Assembly (NCBI GenBank): GCA_964016885.1
Contig: OZ024744.1
Span: forward strand, 126,790,001 to 126,854,000
Source: Eledone cirrhosa
Taxonomy: Eukaryota
Reading direction: 5' to 3'
DNA length: 64,000 nucleotides
Shown here: positions 1 through 12,050 of the stretch, piece by piece
Position numbering within the stretch: the first letter of the stretch is position 1
How the letters are laid out: every line of letters begins with the position of its first letter
Notes under the pieces: generated by a model
Told to the model about the DNA's origin: nothing
Seen by the model: only the letters and a program-made list of their open reading frames with translations
Databases searched by the model: none
Program-made: the position numbers and the translations under genes

Positions 1-57
1 CTCTTGCCAAGAAAACCTTGTAGCTTTCCTAATATTTTCTTCCGTATTTTATTCCAG

Positions 58-123
58 TTATTTCCCCTGTAGAGAAATTTGTCTCTGAGCCAAGCATACC
101 TACTAATGCTGTCTCCAAAGAAT
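58..123 (+). pseudogene. Copy of the 66-nt exon with a mutated donor (pseudo-exon)
   Basis: Intact acceptor (ttattccag) and open frame ISPVEKFVSEPSIPTNAVSKE, but followed by GAAAATT instead of GTAAGTT. Confidence 0.55.
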
Positions 124-602
124 GAAAATTGTATTTCAAACACACTTTCTATTAGTCTGTACAGAAAACTATGACACGTGTTTCAACATTAATGTCAAAT
201 CGAGAATGCATTATATATTTGTAAACATGGAAGTCTATATATTGTGTATGCTGGAACTGATGAATAAAATAGTGTGTATATATATATAAGTGAAGTCATG
301 CTAGTGTTTTGCGAATGTTGATGTATACACATATGTATATTGGGTTGTATATAACATTAACGAATAACAGTTTGCGTGTGTTTGTCCGTTGGTTTGGTGG
401 CTTTTTGAGTGTGTGAGCTATGTGTGTGCGTGTGTGACGGTGAGATTCTGTGTACACACACTGTATGCGTGTGTATGTAAGAATAAATTTTAGTTGTAAC
501 GACTGTTATCATGATTAGAGAAAATTTGGTAGTAAATGTATATTTACGGAGCTAAGACGCCGTGGTCCTGAAACGTTGCATTTATATAAATACGTGAATA
601 TG

Positions 603-695
<93 letters not shown>

Positions 696-914
696 ATATG
701 GCAAGGACATGGTAACTTGGCACTTTTTGTTCTTTAGGCCCAGTGGGAAACTACAATATCTGTCTCATAATACCAGACAGCCCATATATAACTAAATTGT
801 TCTTGCTAATTTAAAATACAACACCTTATTCTACGTTTTCTTCAAATTGACAACAAACTCTTCCCAAGAAACTCTTCTAGCTTTCCTATTATTTTCTTCC
901 GTATTCTTTTCCAG

Positions 915-1466
915 TTGTGAGTCCTGTAGACAACATTATCTCTGAGCCATGCATAAAAACAGATGCTGTCTCCAAAAAAGGTAAGTTTTATTTCAAACAC
1001 ACTATCTATTAGTCTGTACAGAGAACTATGACACGTGTTTCAACATTAATGTGAAATCGAGATTACATTATATATTTGTAAACATGAAAGTCTACATATT
1101 GTGTATGCTGGAACTAATGAATAAAATCGTGTGTATATATATATATAAGTGAGGTTATGCTGGTGTTTTGCGTATGTTGATGTATACATATATGTATATT
1201 GGGTTGTATATAACATTATCGAGTAACTGTTCGTGTGCGTTTGTCCGTTGGTGGCTTTTGCAGTGTGTTTTGTGTAATGATGTGTTTGAGCACTGTGTGC
1301 GCGTGAGCGAGTGTGAGGTTCTGTGTGCACACTCCATATTCGTGTGTATGTAAAAATACATTTTAGGCATAACAATTGTCATCATGATTAAAGAAAACTT
1401 GGTAGTAAATGTAAGTTCACGAAGGTAAGAAGCCGTGATCCTGAATGTTTTCATTTATATAAATAC

Positions 1467-1500
<34 letters not shown>

Positions 1501-1928
1501 ATATAAATGGCAAGGACAGCGGGTGCATTGTACTTTTTTTATTACGTTATATATTTTTAAACATGGAAGTCTATATATTGTGTATGCTGGAACTGATCAA
1601 TAAAATAGTGTGTGTATATATATATAGAAGTGAAGTCATGTTGGTGTTTTGCGTATGTTGATGTATACACATATGTATATTGGGTTGTATTTAACATTAT
1701 CGAGTAACTGTTCGTGTGTGTTTGTCCGTTGGTTTGATGGCCTTTTGAGTGTGTGAGCTATGTGTGTGCGAGTGTGAGTGTGAGGTTCTCTGTGCACACT
1801 TTCTATGCGTATGCATGTAAGAATTAATTTTAGTTATTACCCCTGTCATCATGATTATAGAAAATTTGGTAGTAAATGTATATTTATGGAGCTAAGACGC
1901 CGTGATACTGAAAGTTTCATTTACACAA

Positions 1929-2003
<75 letters not shown>

Positions 2004-2673
2004 TATGTATAAGTACATACATATATGTATACAGACGTACAGTAGTAAGTATATATATATATACATACAGGCACACATATGTATATATGTACATATGGAT
2101 TAACCGAACATTTATTATAATGCTTGGTTTGTTTGTAAACAAACATCCCGTATTAAGCCGTAGTGTCTAGCAACCATCGTTGCTCGTTTGTTCAACACTC
2201 ACAAAGGAATGCTGTACTAGTTTCAAGCTTATTAGCTATCGTCAGCAACGTATACCTTCCTGCCAAATTATTGAACGTATATACTTACCTTATGCATATT
2301 AATGGCTGAGTAGCCCAATTACATCATATATTATATATTTGTAAACATGGAAGTCTATATATTGTGTATGCTGGAACTGATGAATAAAATAGTGTGTATA
2401 TATAAGTGATGTCATGGTGGTGTTTTGCTAATGTATATGTATATTGGGTTGTATATAACATTATCGAGTAACAGTTTGTGTGCCTTTGTCAGTTGGTGAC
2501 TTATTGAGTGAGTGAGACCTGTATGTGCGTGTGTGAGTGTGGGGTTCTCTCAGCACATCCTGTATGCGTGTGTATGTAAGAATAAATATTAGTTATAACG
2601 ACTGTCATCATGATTAGAGAAAATTTGTCAGTAAATGTATATTTACGGAGCTAAGACGCCGTGGTCCTATATG

Positions 2674-2746
<73 letters not shown>

Positions 2747-4104
2747 ATATATATATTTGGCAAGGACATGGTACCTTGGTTCTTTTTGTGTTTGGACCTG
2801 GTGTATTTATCAGTTTATCAGAGATAATGAATCTAATAACTGTTTTCTGTATTTGTGATATAATTTTGTATATATACATGCAGTTTTACTATTATTTTGT
2901 TTATGTTTTCTAGCTGACGCTTCATATTTGTCTTCTCGGAGTGCAACACTCAAGACAAAACTTTCTGAAGAGAGTAAGTTATGAATTAAAAATTATCTAT
3001 TAATTATTCAGAAACTTATTTATGTTTTGATCTGTAAATTTATAACTACTTATTTCAGTCAAGAATATTATATTACAATCTCCCTAACATAATCAAGGAT
3101 AAACATTTTATTGACCTCGATCCTTAGAGACATTACAATGAGGTCAAAAGTAAAGATACACTTTTTCAGACTATTATCAGAGTTATCTATAAAAGAATGA
3201 CATATCTGGTTAAAAAGAAAAGATGAATGTTGCACAAGATTCTTCGAGGTAGATGGAATAATCTCACAGATCAGAGTTCTCATCTTTAACAAAATTTCCT
3301 CCGACACTTCTTCACTATTTCAGGTCTTCCTTCGTTGTTCATACTCCTTATCCTCGTATGACTAGATCAGCTATTGCTCTACATATTTGGTTATCCCATC
3401 ATATATATTTGTTCTTTATGCCCAGATAGAAACTACCATATTTGTCTCATAATTCCATAGAGCCCATATTTAACTAAATGGGTCTAGCTAATTCAAAATA
3501 CGACGCCTTATTCTACCATTTCTTCAAATTGACTACAAACTCTTCCCAAGAAAAGCTTCTTGCATTCCTATTATTTACTTCCATATTTCTGCCAGTTATT
3601 TCTCCTTTAGAGAACCTTGTCTCTGAGCCAGGCATAAAAGCAGACGATGTCTCCAAAGAACGAAAATTGTATTTCAAACACACATTATATTAGTCTGTAC
3701 AGAGAAATATGACACGTGTTTCAACATTAATGTCAAATCGAGATTACATTATATATTTGTAAACATGAAAGTCTACATATTGTGTATGCTGGAACTGATG
3801 AATAAAATAGTGTGTATATATATATAAGTGAAGTCATGCTAGTGTTTTGCGTATGTTGATCTGTACATATATGTATATTGGGTTGTATATAACATTAACG
3901 AGTAACAGTTTGTGTGTGTTTCTCCGTTGGTTCGGTGGCTTTTTGAGTGTGTGAACCATGTGTGTGCGTGTGTGACTGAGATTCTGTGTACACACACGGT
4001 ATGCGTATCTATGTAAGAATACATTTTAGTTATAACGACTGTTATCATGATTAGAGAAAATTTGGTAGTAAATGTATATTTACGGAGCTAAGACGCCGTG
4101 GTCC

Positions 4105-4135
<31 letters not shown>

Positions 4136-6988
4136 ATATATATATCTGGCAAGGACATGGTAACTTGGTTCTTTTTGTGTTCGGACCTGGTGTATTTATC
4201 AGTATATCAGAGATAATGAATCTAATAACTGTTTTCTGTATTTGTAGTATAAATTTGTATATATATACATACAGTTTTACTATTATTTTGTTTATGTTTT
4301 CTAGCTGACGCTTCATATTTGTCTTCTCGAAGTGCAACACTCAACACCAAACTTTCTGAAAAGAGTAAGTTATTCATTTATAATGATCTATTATTTATTC
4401 AGAAACTTATTTATGTTTTGATCAGTAAATTTATAACTACTTATTTCAGTCAAGAATATTATATTACAATCTCCCTACATAATCAAGTATAAACATTTTA
4501 TTGACCTCGATCCTTAGAGACATTACAATGATGTCAAAAGTAAAGATACACTTTTTCAGGCTATTATCAGAGTTATCTATGAAAGAATGACATATCTGGT
4601 TAAAAAGAGAAGATGAATGTTGCACAAGATACTTTGAGGTAGATGGAATAATCTTACAGATCAGAGTTCTCATCTTTAACAAAATTTCCTCCGACACTTA
4701 TTCACTATTTCAGGTCTTCCTTCGTTGTTCATACTCCTTATCCTCGTATGACTAGATCAGCTATTGCTCTACATATTTGGTTATCCCATCATTTATATTT
4801 GTTCTTTATACACATATGGAAACTACCATATTTGTCTCATAATTCCAGACAGCCCATATATAACTAAATGGGTCTAGGTAATTCAAAATACGACGTCTTA
4901 TTCTACCATTTCTTCAAATTGATAACAAACTCTTCCCAAGAAAAGCTTCTTGCATTCCTATTATTTTCTTCCATATTTCTTCCAGTTATTTCACCTGTAG
5001 AGAACCTTGTCTCTCAGCCAGGCATGAAAACAGACTCTGTCTCCAAAGAACGTAAGTTGTACTTCAAACACACTTTCTATTAGTCTGTACAGAGAACTAT
5101 GACACGTGTTTCAACATTAATGTCAAATTTAGTTATCCCATCATATATATTTGTTCTTTATGCACAGATGGAAACTACCATATTTGTCTCATAATTCCAG
5201 ACAGCCCATATTTAAATAAATGGGTCTAGGTAATTCAAAATACGACGTCTTATTCTACCATTTCTTCAAGTTGATAACAAACTCTTCCCAACAAAAGCTT
5301 CTTGCATTCCTATTATTTTCTTCCATATTTCTTCCAGTTATTTTATCTGTAGAGAACCTTGTCTCTGAGCCTGGCATAAAAAAAGACACTGTCACCAAAG
5401 AACGTAAGTTGTATTTCAAACACACTTTCTATTAGTCTGTACAGAAAACTATGACACGTGTTTCAACATTAATGTCAAATCGAGATTACATTATATATTT
5501 GTAAACATGAAAGTCTACATATTGTGTATGCTGGAACTAATGTAGAGGAAGGATGTCACTCAGAGGCCACTGTATCAGACACAGTGATGGAGTGGTACAC
5601 AACTCAGTACTTTGGTAATATACTGAAGGAAGAACCTGTAGAGGAGGATGTCACTCACAGGCCACTGTATCAGGCACAGTGGTGGGGTGGTACACAAATC
5701 AGTACTCTGGTAATATACTAAGGGAAGAACATGTAGAGGAAGTATGTCACTCACAAGCCACTGCATCAGGTACACTGATGGGGTGGTACACAACTCAGTA
5801 CTATGGGAATATACTGAAGGAAGAACCTGTAGAGGAAGATGTCACTCACAGGCCACTGTATCAGACACAGTGATGGGGTGGTACACAACTCAGTATTCTG
5901 GTAGTATACTGAGGGAAGAACCTGTAGTGGAAGGAGGTTACTCACAGGCCACTATCAGACACAATGATGTTGGGGTACACAATTCAGTACTCTGGTAATA
6001 TACTGAATGAAGAACCTGTAGATAAAGAATATCACTCACAGGCCACTGTATCAAACACAGTGATGTGGTGGTACACAACTCAGTACTCGGGTAATATACT
6101 TAAGGAAGAACTTGTAGATGAAGGATGTTACTCACAAGCCACTGTATCAGACACAGTGATGGGTGGTACACAACTCAGTACTCTGGTAATATACTGAAGG
6201 AAGAACTAGTAGATGAAGATGTCACTCACAGTCCACTGTATCAGACACAGTGATGGGGTGGTACACAACTCAGTACTCTGGTAATATACTCAAGGAAGAA
6301 TCTGTAGAGGAAGTATGTCACTCACAGGCCACTGTATCAGACACAGTGATGGGGTGGTACACAACTCAGTACTCTTGTAATATACTGAAGGAAAAACCTG
6401 TAGAGGAAGGATGTCACTCACAGTCCACTGTATCAGACACAGTGATGGGGTGGTACACAACTCAGTAACTCTGGTAATATACTCAAGGAATAACCTGTAG
6501 ATGAAGGTTGTCACTCACAGGCCACTGTATCAGACACAGTGATGTGGTGGTACACAACTCAGTACTCTGGTAATATACTGAAGGAAGAACATGTAGAGGA
6601 AGGATGTCACTCAGAGGCCACTGTATCAGACACAGTGATGTGGTGGTACGCAACTCAGTACTCGGGTAATATACTGAGGGAAAAATCTGCAGAGGAAGGA
6701 TGTTACTCACAGGCCACTGTATCAGACACAGTGATGGGGTGGTACACAACTCAGTACTCTGGTAATATACTGAAGGAAAAACCTGCAGAGGAAGGATGTT
6801 ACTCACAGGCCCCTGTTTAAAGACACAGTGATGGGGTGGTACACAACTCATTACTCTGATAATATACTGAGGGAAAAATCTGCAGAGGAAGGATATTACT
6901 CACAGGCCACTGTATCAGACACAGTGGTGGGGTGGTACACAACTCAGTACTCTGGTAATATACTGAAGGAAGAACCTGTAGAGGAAGG

Positions 6989-7036
<48 letters not shown>

Positions 7037-7116
7037 ATATGGGTGAGTAGAATACTACTGGTTGCACATGGATAACATGTTATAAAATGAGTCCCTCATC
7101 AGTGATTTACCAAACG

Positions 7117-7184
<68 letters not shown>

Positions 7185-8139
7185 TAATAATAACTTCAAA
7201 AAGCATGCTTGCTGGGACCAGCAAGAACCCTCTGATACGTCCTGAATGTCTGAGGATGCAGGTAGCGGCTTGATATTCATTTGAACAAACTTTCCAGTTA
7301 AATAACATTAATGACTGAGACTCAAAGAATAATAATAATGATAATTGTAATAATAATAATGTTTTCTTTATTAACCACAAGGGTTGAAACAAAGTATAAC
7401 ATTAAGGACAGCACAGGACGGTGCAAATGGGCATTTCCGCGTGTAAAGAAAATAAAACAAAGGAACTGACTAAAAAAGGAAACAAAAGAAAATTTCCCAA
7501 TAGGGGGGAGATTTCCGAGGGACACTCGCGGAGAAAGCCCATTAAAAAAGCGACAGAGGGACACTCGAGGAGAAAGCCCATTAAATAAGCGACAGTTGTG
7601 CGTGGTTCGTTATTGGTTAGCTCAAGGTTCGATCTATATCGATCTAGCCAGACTCTGGAATCAAAAGATCGTCGGACCTCTGGGTTGGTAAGGACTATAT
7701 ACATATGTATGTGTGTGTACGGTTGCTATTATATTGTTTATTTCTTCCAGACAAGCTTTACAGAGAGTCTGCTACTTATGAGTCACTCAAGTATAAAGAT
7801 ATTTTTACTAATCGTAAGTTATAATTTAAACACTATTAAATTGTTCAGAAATAAATATAGGTTTTGAACATTAAATTTATAACGACTTACTTCAGTCCAG
7901 AATATTAAACATTATATGAAATACGACTTAACAGAAACCAGAATAAACTTTATTGTTTAAAATAAAATCCAGCTGAATCCCACCATCTTTCCCACAAGAT
8001 ACATTGAAGAATGGACAAAATATTAAGGCTGTCTTTCAACAAAAGCAAATAGCAAAGAGAGATGGGCAAAATATTAATAGAAATACATATACGGTAGACA
8101 TGGGACTGAATTTACTCAAAACACCTTGTAAAGTGTACA

Positions 8140-8194
<55 letters not shown>

Positions 8195-10004
8195 CGTGTG
8201 TACAAATATATATATACTCAGTTCTGAGCTGAATTTGTTGCTGTACCCCGTCACCAAATACAGGAGTCGATGTCTCATCAGGTGGTGAGGTAACTCTGTA
8301 CGTGTTTCAACCCCTTCTACTGCGACACGAGAGTTACTCAGGTCCACCCTCCGATGTTGGCAAGGAAACTCCTGCTGCACAACACAATCTTAATTGAGTC
8401 TGATGTTCCACCTCAATGCATCAAGAGCACCATTTATTTCAATCAGATGTAATGACTCGCTTCCTCGTGTTTCTCAGAGTGTTCCCTTTCCTTTGCCACC
8501 AGTCCAAGTACCCTGAGGAGCGAGAGAGCCCTGGTTTCAACAAATCCTCTGACACCTCTCTTTACATGGAAACAGGATGCCTCCCATTCGCAGGTTCTAC
8601 AGAGTTCAAACAAATCACAGTACTTCCTGGAATTTCTGTTGAATGCCTCATGGCTGTTCCCCTCTCAAGGGACAGTTAACTTCACAGTGTTCACCAAGAT
8701 CTATTCCATTCACCACAAGACAAGATGGAAAAAAGGGGGCAGTGGGATTTGCCATCCATGTTAAATGAGATCACCCAGATGCCCTTCAATTTTGTGTTAG
8801 TCGTATTTCTTATATCAAACTTGCAATGTTCTCCATTATAAAACTTGCCGTTGTTCAACCCCTTCAACCTAACACCCACTGTATCAGCCAGTACTCTAAG
8901 CCATATATTTCTGTTCATCAGGACCAGTGTTTCATGGTTCAAATCTTCCCACATTTACACAGGCCACTGTCTTCTAATTTCAAAAGTTTTAGATTTGTGT
9001 GACAGAGAAGCATAGCATAGAAAGCGTGAACCAGAGAAAAGGTTCTAGTTGGTTCAAACAACCACAACACCTTCTGCCCGATCTTCAACTCGACCAAAAT
9101 CACCTCCCATGGCACACATATAGGATTGTTATTATTACGATCTGAGTTCAAATCCCGCCGAGGTTGACTTTGCCTTTCATCCTTACGGGGTCGATAAAAT
9201 AAAGTACCAGTAATGAACTGGGTAATTGCTGGTCTTGTGCCTAAAGTAGAAACAATTATTTTCTTTCGTATTTTTTTGCAGACAAGACTCCAAGAGAGAC
9301 CATTTCCTTCGACCTGTTTTTTTAGTGGAATAGGATGTGTGTGTTGTGTGTGTGTGTGTGTGTGTGAGCAAGCATAAATTCTTCTTCTTCTTACTTTTGC
9401 TCTATGGGGCCGGGAACATTCTAAGCTAGTGATCCCAAAGCCTTGACGTGCGTAGAGCCAACCAGGTCCACCAACGCCCTTCATCGCCTGTGTCAGCTCC
9501 TCTACATCCTGCTGTTGATGGGAACCAGTCGGTCTCCTTCCTGATCACTCGCAAGCAGCTCTCGGAGTTGCTTTAGAGCCGTTGGAACGATATATATATA
9601 TGTAAAATACACTATATATATATATACATTCATATATATATCGCTATTTCAGAGCACCAATTCTAATTTTCAATTTCTGCTTGACCGGCAACCGCTCTGT
9701 ATAATCAGTTCCTGATTATTACTAGAATTCTATAAGAATCAAACATTCATGATTTTCTGCAAACAGGCGGAGTAGTTAGCTTTGATAAGCACCAAAAAGT
9801 GCGAAACAGAACTCTGTTAGCTTTATCTCCCCTGCTTGCTGAAAATTAAAGTGAGTGAGACTGTCACAACCCTAAAACAATAGCGTCAGGTCTTCGAAAT
9901 ACTTTTAATTAAGCATACAGTGTATTGCAAAATACACTATATATATACATTTATATATATATCGCTATTTCAGAGCACCAATTCTAATTCTATATATATA
10001 TATG

Positions 10005-10092
<88 letters not shown>

Positions 10093-12050
10093 GATCGATC
10101 GACTTTCGTCAAATCGGACCGAGGAAACAATGTTTTCGTCGGTCTTTCCAGTTGCTAGTACTATCTATCGGTCGCAACTCCAGGTAGAAGGAGCAACGTG
10201 AAATAAAGTGTCTTGCTCAAGGACATAACGCATCGCCCGGTCCAGGAATCGAACTCACAATCTCAAGAGTGTGAGTTCGATTCTCTAACCACTCAGCCAC
10301 ACGCCTTCATATATATATACACAGAGAAAGAGTGAGAGATAGAAAGTGAGAGAGAGAATGAGAGAGAGAGGGAAAGAAGAAAAAGTGAGAGAGAGGGGTT
10401 TGCTATTATATTCTTCGTTATTTTTTCCAGACGAGCCTCACGTAGAGACTCCGGTCAATGATACATTCGTGAATGACTGTACATATACACAGTGCAAGTT
10501 ATAATTTAAACATTCACATTTTCAAAAACTCTTCTAATGCTTACTCCTAGATCTCCTTTAAGCTCTCAAACAGCTGTGCGGGGATTTGCTTTCACCAAAG
10601 TCTTCGTTATCCACCTTCCTTATTTCCTTGTCCTCAAGAATTAATTCACCACAATGGGACTTTTGGAAACCATATATATGTATATATATAGAAGTTAGTT
10701 CTAAGAGGCCACGGGTTTTACCTTGCGGATTTTCAACTCGAGTAACTGGGTTATAGCCGTAGAACGGAAGGCTTCCGTTCTTCGGCTATAGCCCATACAC
10801 TCGAGTTGAAATCTGCAAGGTGAAATCCCTGTCCTTGAAAATGGTTTATTAACTGTTGTGGAACTAACTTCAAAGGAACTCGTCCATGGACTGAGTGCTC
10901 TACTACTGCGTCTATAACCTCCCTGTGTTCTACATATAAATATATGTATTTATATTTGTGTGGGGTTTTGAATGTATACTTATGTGCCTATTGTTCAATC
11001 GTATATCTTCATTTAATTTTTATTTTTTTCTTATTTTAGCCAATTCTTCGGCAAGTTCCTTTGTGTATGATTCTCCCATATTTGCGCTTACAACTATGGA
11101 AGGTAAGTTGTAATTTAAACTCACTTTTATAAAATATATTGTATATTTTAATGTATTATGTCATTCTTTCATATTCATTTATATGTTATATATACCTGTG
11201 TTTTTTTTTTATGTTGAGATAGGTCAAAAAGCATTTAAATAATAAATATGTCCACCATTTTTAATTGTAACAAACTCTCAACGTCTTGTTAAATTTAAAG
11301 TTTCTGATATTGACATCCTTATCAAAATAATCTAAAGACATTAAAAGACCATTCATTGACTTATTGACCCAACTACGGCAACTGAGGAAGGTCCACAGCT
11401 GCATTTTCCTACAAGATGTTCTACAATAACATTAGTCCTAAATTGTTAATCAGTTTTTTTTTTTCGCCAACCTATCGGACCTCACAGACCACTAAATTCA
11501 TAATTTCAAATCCCGCGAGCTTAGCAATATTGAAATAAATTAGAATTATCAAGAATATAAAACGACCGCAGTTGAAAGGTATATACAAATACACATCTAC
11601 CCTTTAGCCGTCATTTTCTACGGCAGGGGGCCAGCTAGTCTACTAATATAAAAGCCGAGTGTATTTGTCCGGATCGCACTAGAGATGACTGAAAAAGGAA
11701 GGGGTGATTACGTTGACTGAGGAAGGAGGGTATGAGAAACTATAGAAGTCAAGCATTCTAAGATTCGTCACAGCTGTGTGTTTCCATGTTCGTATCACTT
11801 GTGTGAGTGAGCTCGAAGGAAGCAACCAACCAACAAACGACTCTTTTTTATATTATATATAGATATTACAATTAGCCGTCATTTTTGACGGCACGGGGCT
11901 AGTTGTTAAATAGCATACTATACAATTATAGTTGTCCACTTATCACATTATGTAAGTTTACTGTGATTTTTATGTTTGTTTTCAGATATGTACAACGATA
12001 AGAGATTGAACAAAATGAATACGATAAGAAATTGTATAAAAATTGTATAA
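915..12050 (+). CDS. Predicted spliced 3' portion of an unidentified protein-coding gene made of short symmetric phase-1 exons (915-980, 2914-2973, 4305-4364, 4986-5051, 5338-5403, 7751-7813, 10431-10493, 11040-11102, terminal 11986-12050)
   Basis: Each exon follows a polypyrimidine tract ending in CAG or TAG. Each internal exon is followed by GTAAGT (GCAAGT at 10494), is 60, 63 or 66 nt long and is stop-free in phase 1. Joined translation: [195 protein letters not shown] lies near 12192. The 5' part would be upstream of the window. Confidence 0.7.
2211..2249 (-). ncRNA. Minimal type I hammerhead ribozyme motif (Penelope-type)
   Basis: Minus strand reads GTTG-CTGACGA-TAGCT AATA AGCTT-GAA-ACTAGT-A-CAGC: core boxes, stem II, palindromic stem III, GUA cleavage triplet and stem I GTTG/CAGC. 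The first stem II pair is mismatched. Confidence 0.6.
3596..3661 (+). pseudogene. Copy of the 66-nt exon with a mutated donor (pseudo-exon)
   Basis: Acceptor ttctgccag, open frame [21 protein letters not shown], followed by GAAAATT. Confidence 0.55.
5541..6990 (+). repeat. 96-bp tandem satellite (~15 copies) derived from the C-terminal region of an RTE-like LINE
   Basis: Unit cctgtagaggaaggatgtcactcacaggccactgtatcagacacagtgatggggtggtacacaactcagtactctggtaatatactgaaggaagaa. One frame reads [22 protein letters not shown](E/*)YTEGRTCRG, matching the RTE motif RRLRLAGHCxRH...LW.P..G....GR. Confidence 0.85.
8300..9590 (-). mobile_element. Decayed HERO/NeSL-like non-LTR retrotransposon, 3' fragment with restriction-like endonuclease, interrupted by a SINE
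   Basis: Manual translation gives RQGFG ... [19 protein letters not shown] ... WLRVLADTV ... [60 protein letters not shown], resembling the ELTVPWE...KY...EVGCRGF motif. Confidence 0.7.
9138..9258 (+). mobile_element. 5'-truncated tRNA-derived SINE with Meta-like central domain
   Basis: B-box gagttcaaatcc followed by gactttgcctttcatccttacggggtcgataaaataaagtaccag. Confidence 0.85.
9778..9822 (+). ncRNA. Type I hammerhead ribozyme with U3-A8 core variant inside a ~325-nt unit bounded by direct repeats
   Basis: AGCT-TTGATAA-GCAC CAAAAA GTGC-GAA-ACAG AACT CTGT-T-AGCT. A ~60-nt direct repeat occurs at about 9604-9668 and 9929-9989. Confidence 0.6.
10170..10308 (-). mobile_element. tRNA-derived CORE-type SINE
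   Basis: Reverse strand has A box gtggctgagtggttaga, B box gagttcgattcc and core tgtccttgagcaagacactttatttcacgttgctcc. Confidence 0.85.
10691..10871. repeat. Imperfect palindromic (hairpin) element, MITE-like
   Basis: 10713-10829 folds into a ~55-bp stem centred on gaacggaag-g-cttccgttc. An outer 11-bp inverted pair reads gaagttagttc/gaactaacttc. Confidence 0.75.
11597..11902 (+). mobile_element. Non-autonomous Helitron-like elements in head-to-tail tandem
   Basis: 5' TC (TCTACTAATATAAAAG at 11639), subterminal hairpin GCCGTCA-TTTT-TGACGGC and 3' CTAG|T at 11899-11902. A second hairpin plus CTAG ends at 11638. Confidence 0.65.

Larger units (their letters stand above)
1..5540. repeat. Complex local tandem duplications (periods about 0.35, 0.86 and 1.39 kb) with (TA)n microsatellites
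   Basis: Recurring blocks such as tagtctgtacagagaactatgacacgtgtttcaacattaatg and gtgtatgctggaactgatgaataaaatag. Exon pairs are spaced 857, 1390/1391 and 352 bp apart. Confidence 0.9.

Noticed and set aside
604-2913. YIYIYI-type ORFs, also near 10 kb, 54 kb and 63 kb
   Set aside because: Translations of (TA)n and AT-rich microsatellites
3068-4697. Duplicated minus-strand ORFs [14 protein letters not shown]...
   Set aside because: Short, non-ATG starts, in-frame stop just upstream and no recognisable domain; they lie in a duplicated intron block
5541-6990. Possible CRISPR array or 32-aa repeat protein ([32 protein letters not shown])
   Set aside because: No unique spacers or cas genes, and the context is eukaryotic. 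Frequent indels break that frame, and a different frame matches a LINE.
11380-11452. Additional hammerhead candidates (CTGAGGA at ~11383, CTGATGA at ~7096-7102 minus and ~18776, CAGATGA at ~15305 minus)
   Set aside because: Only one core box is clear, and I could not build convincing stems with a matching GAAA box
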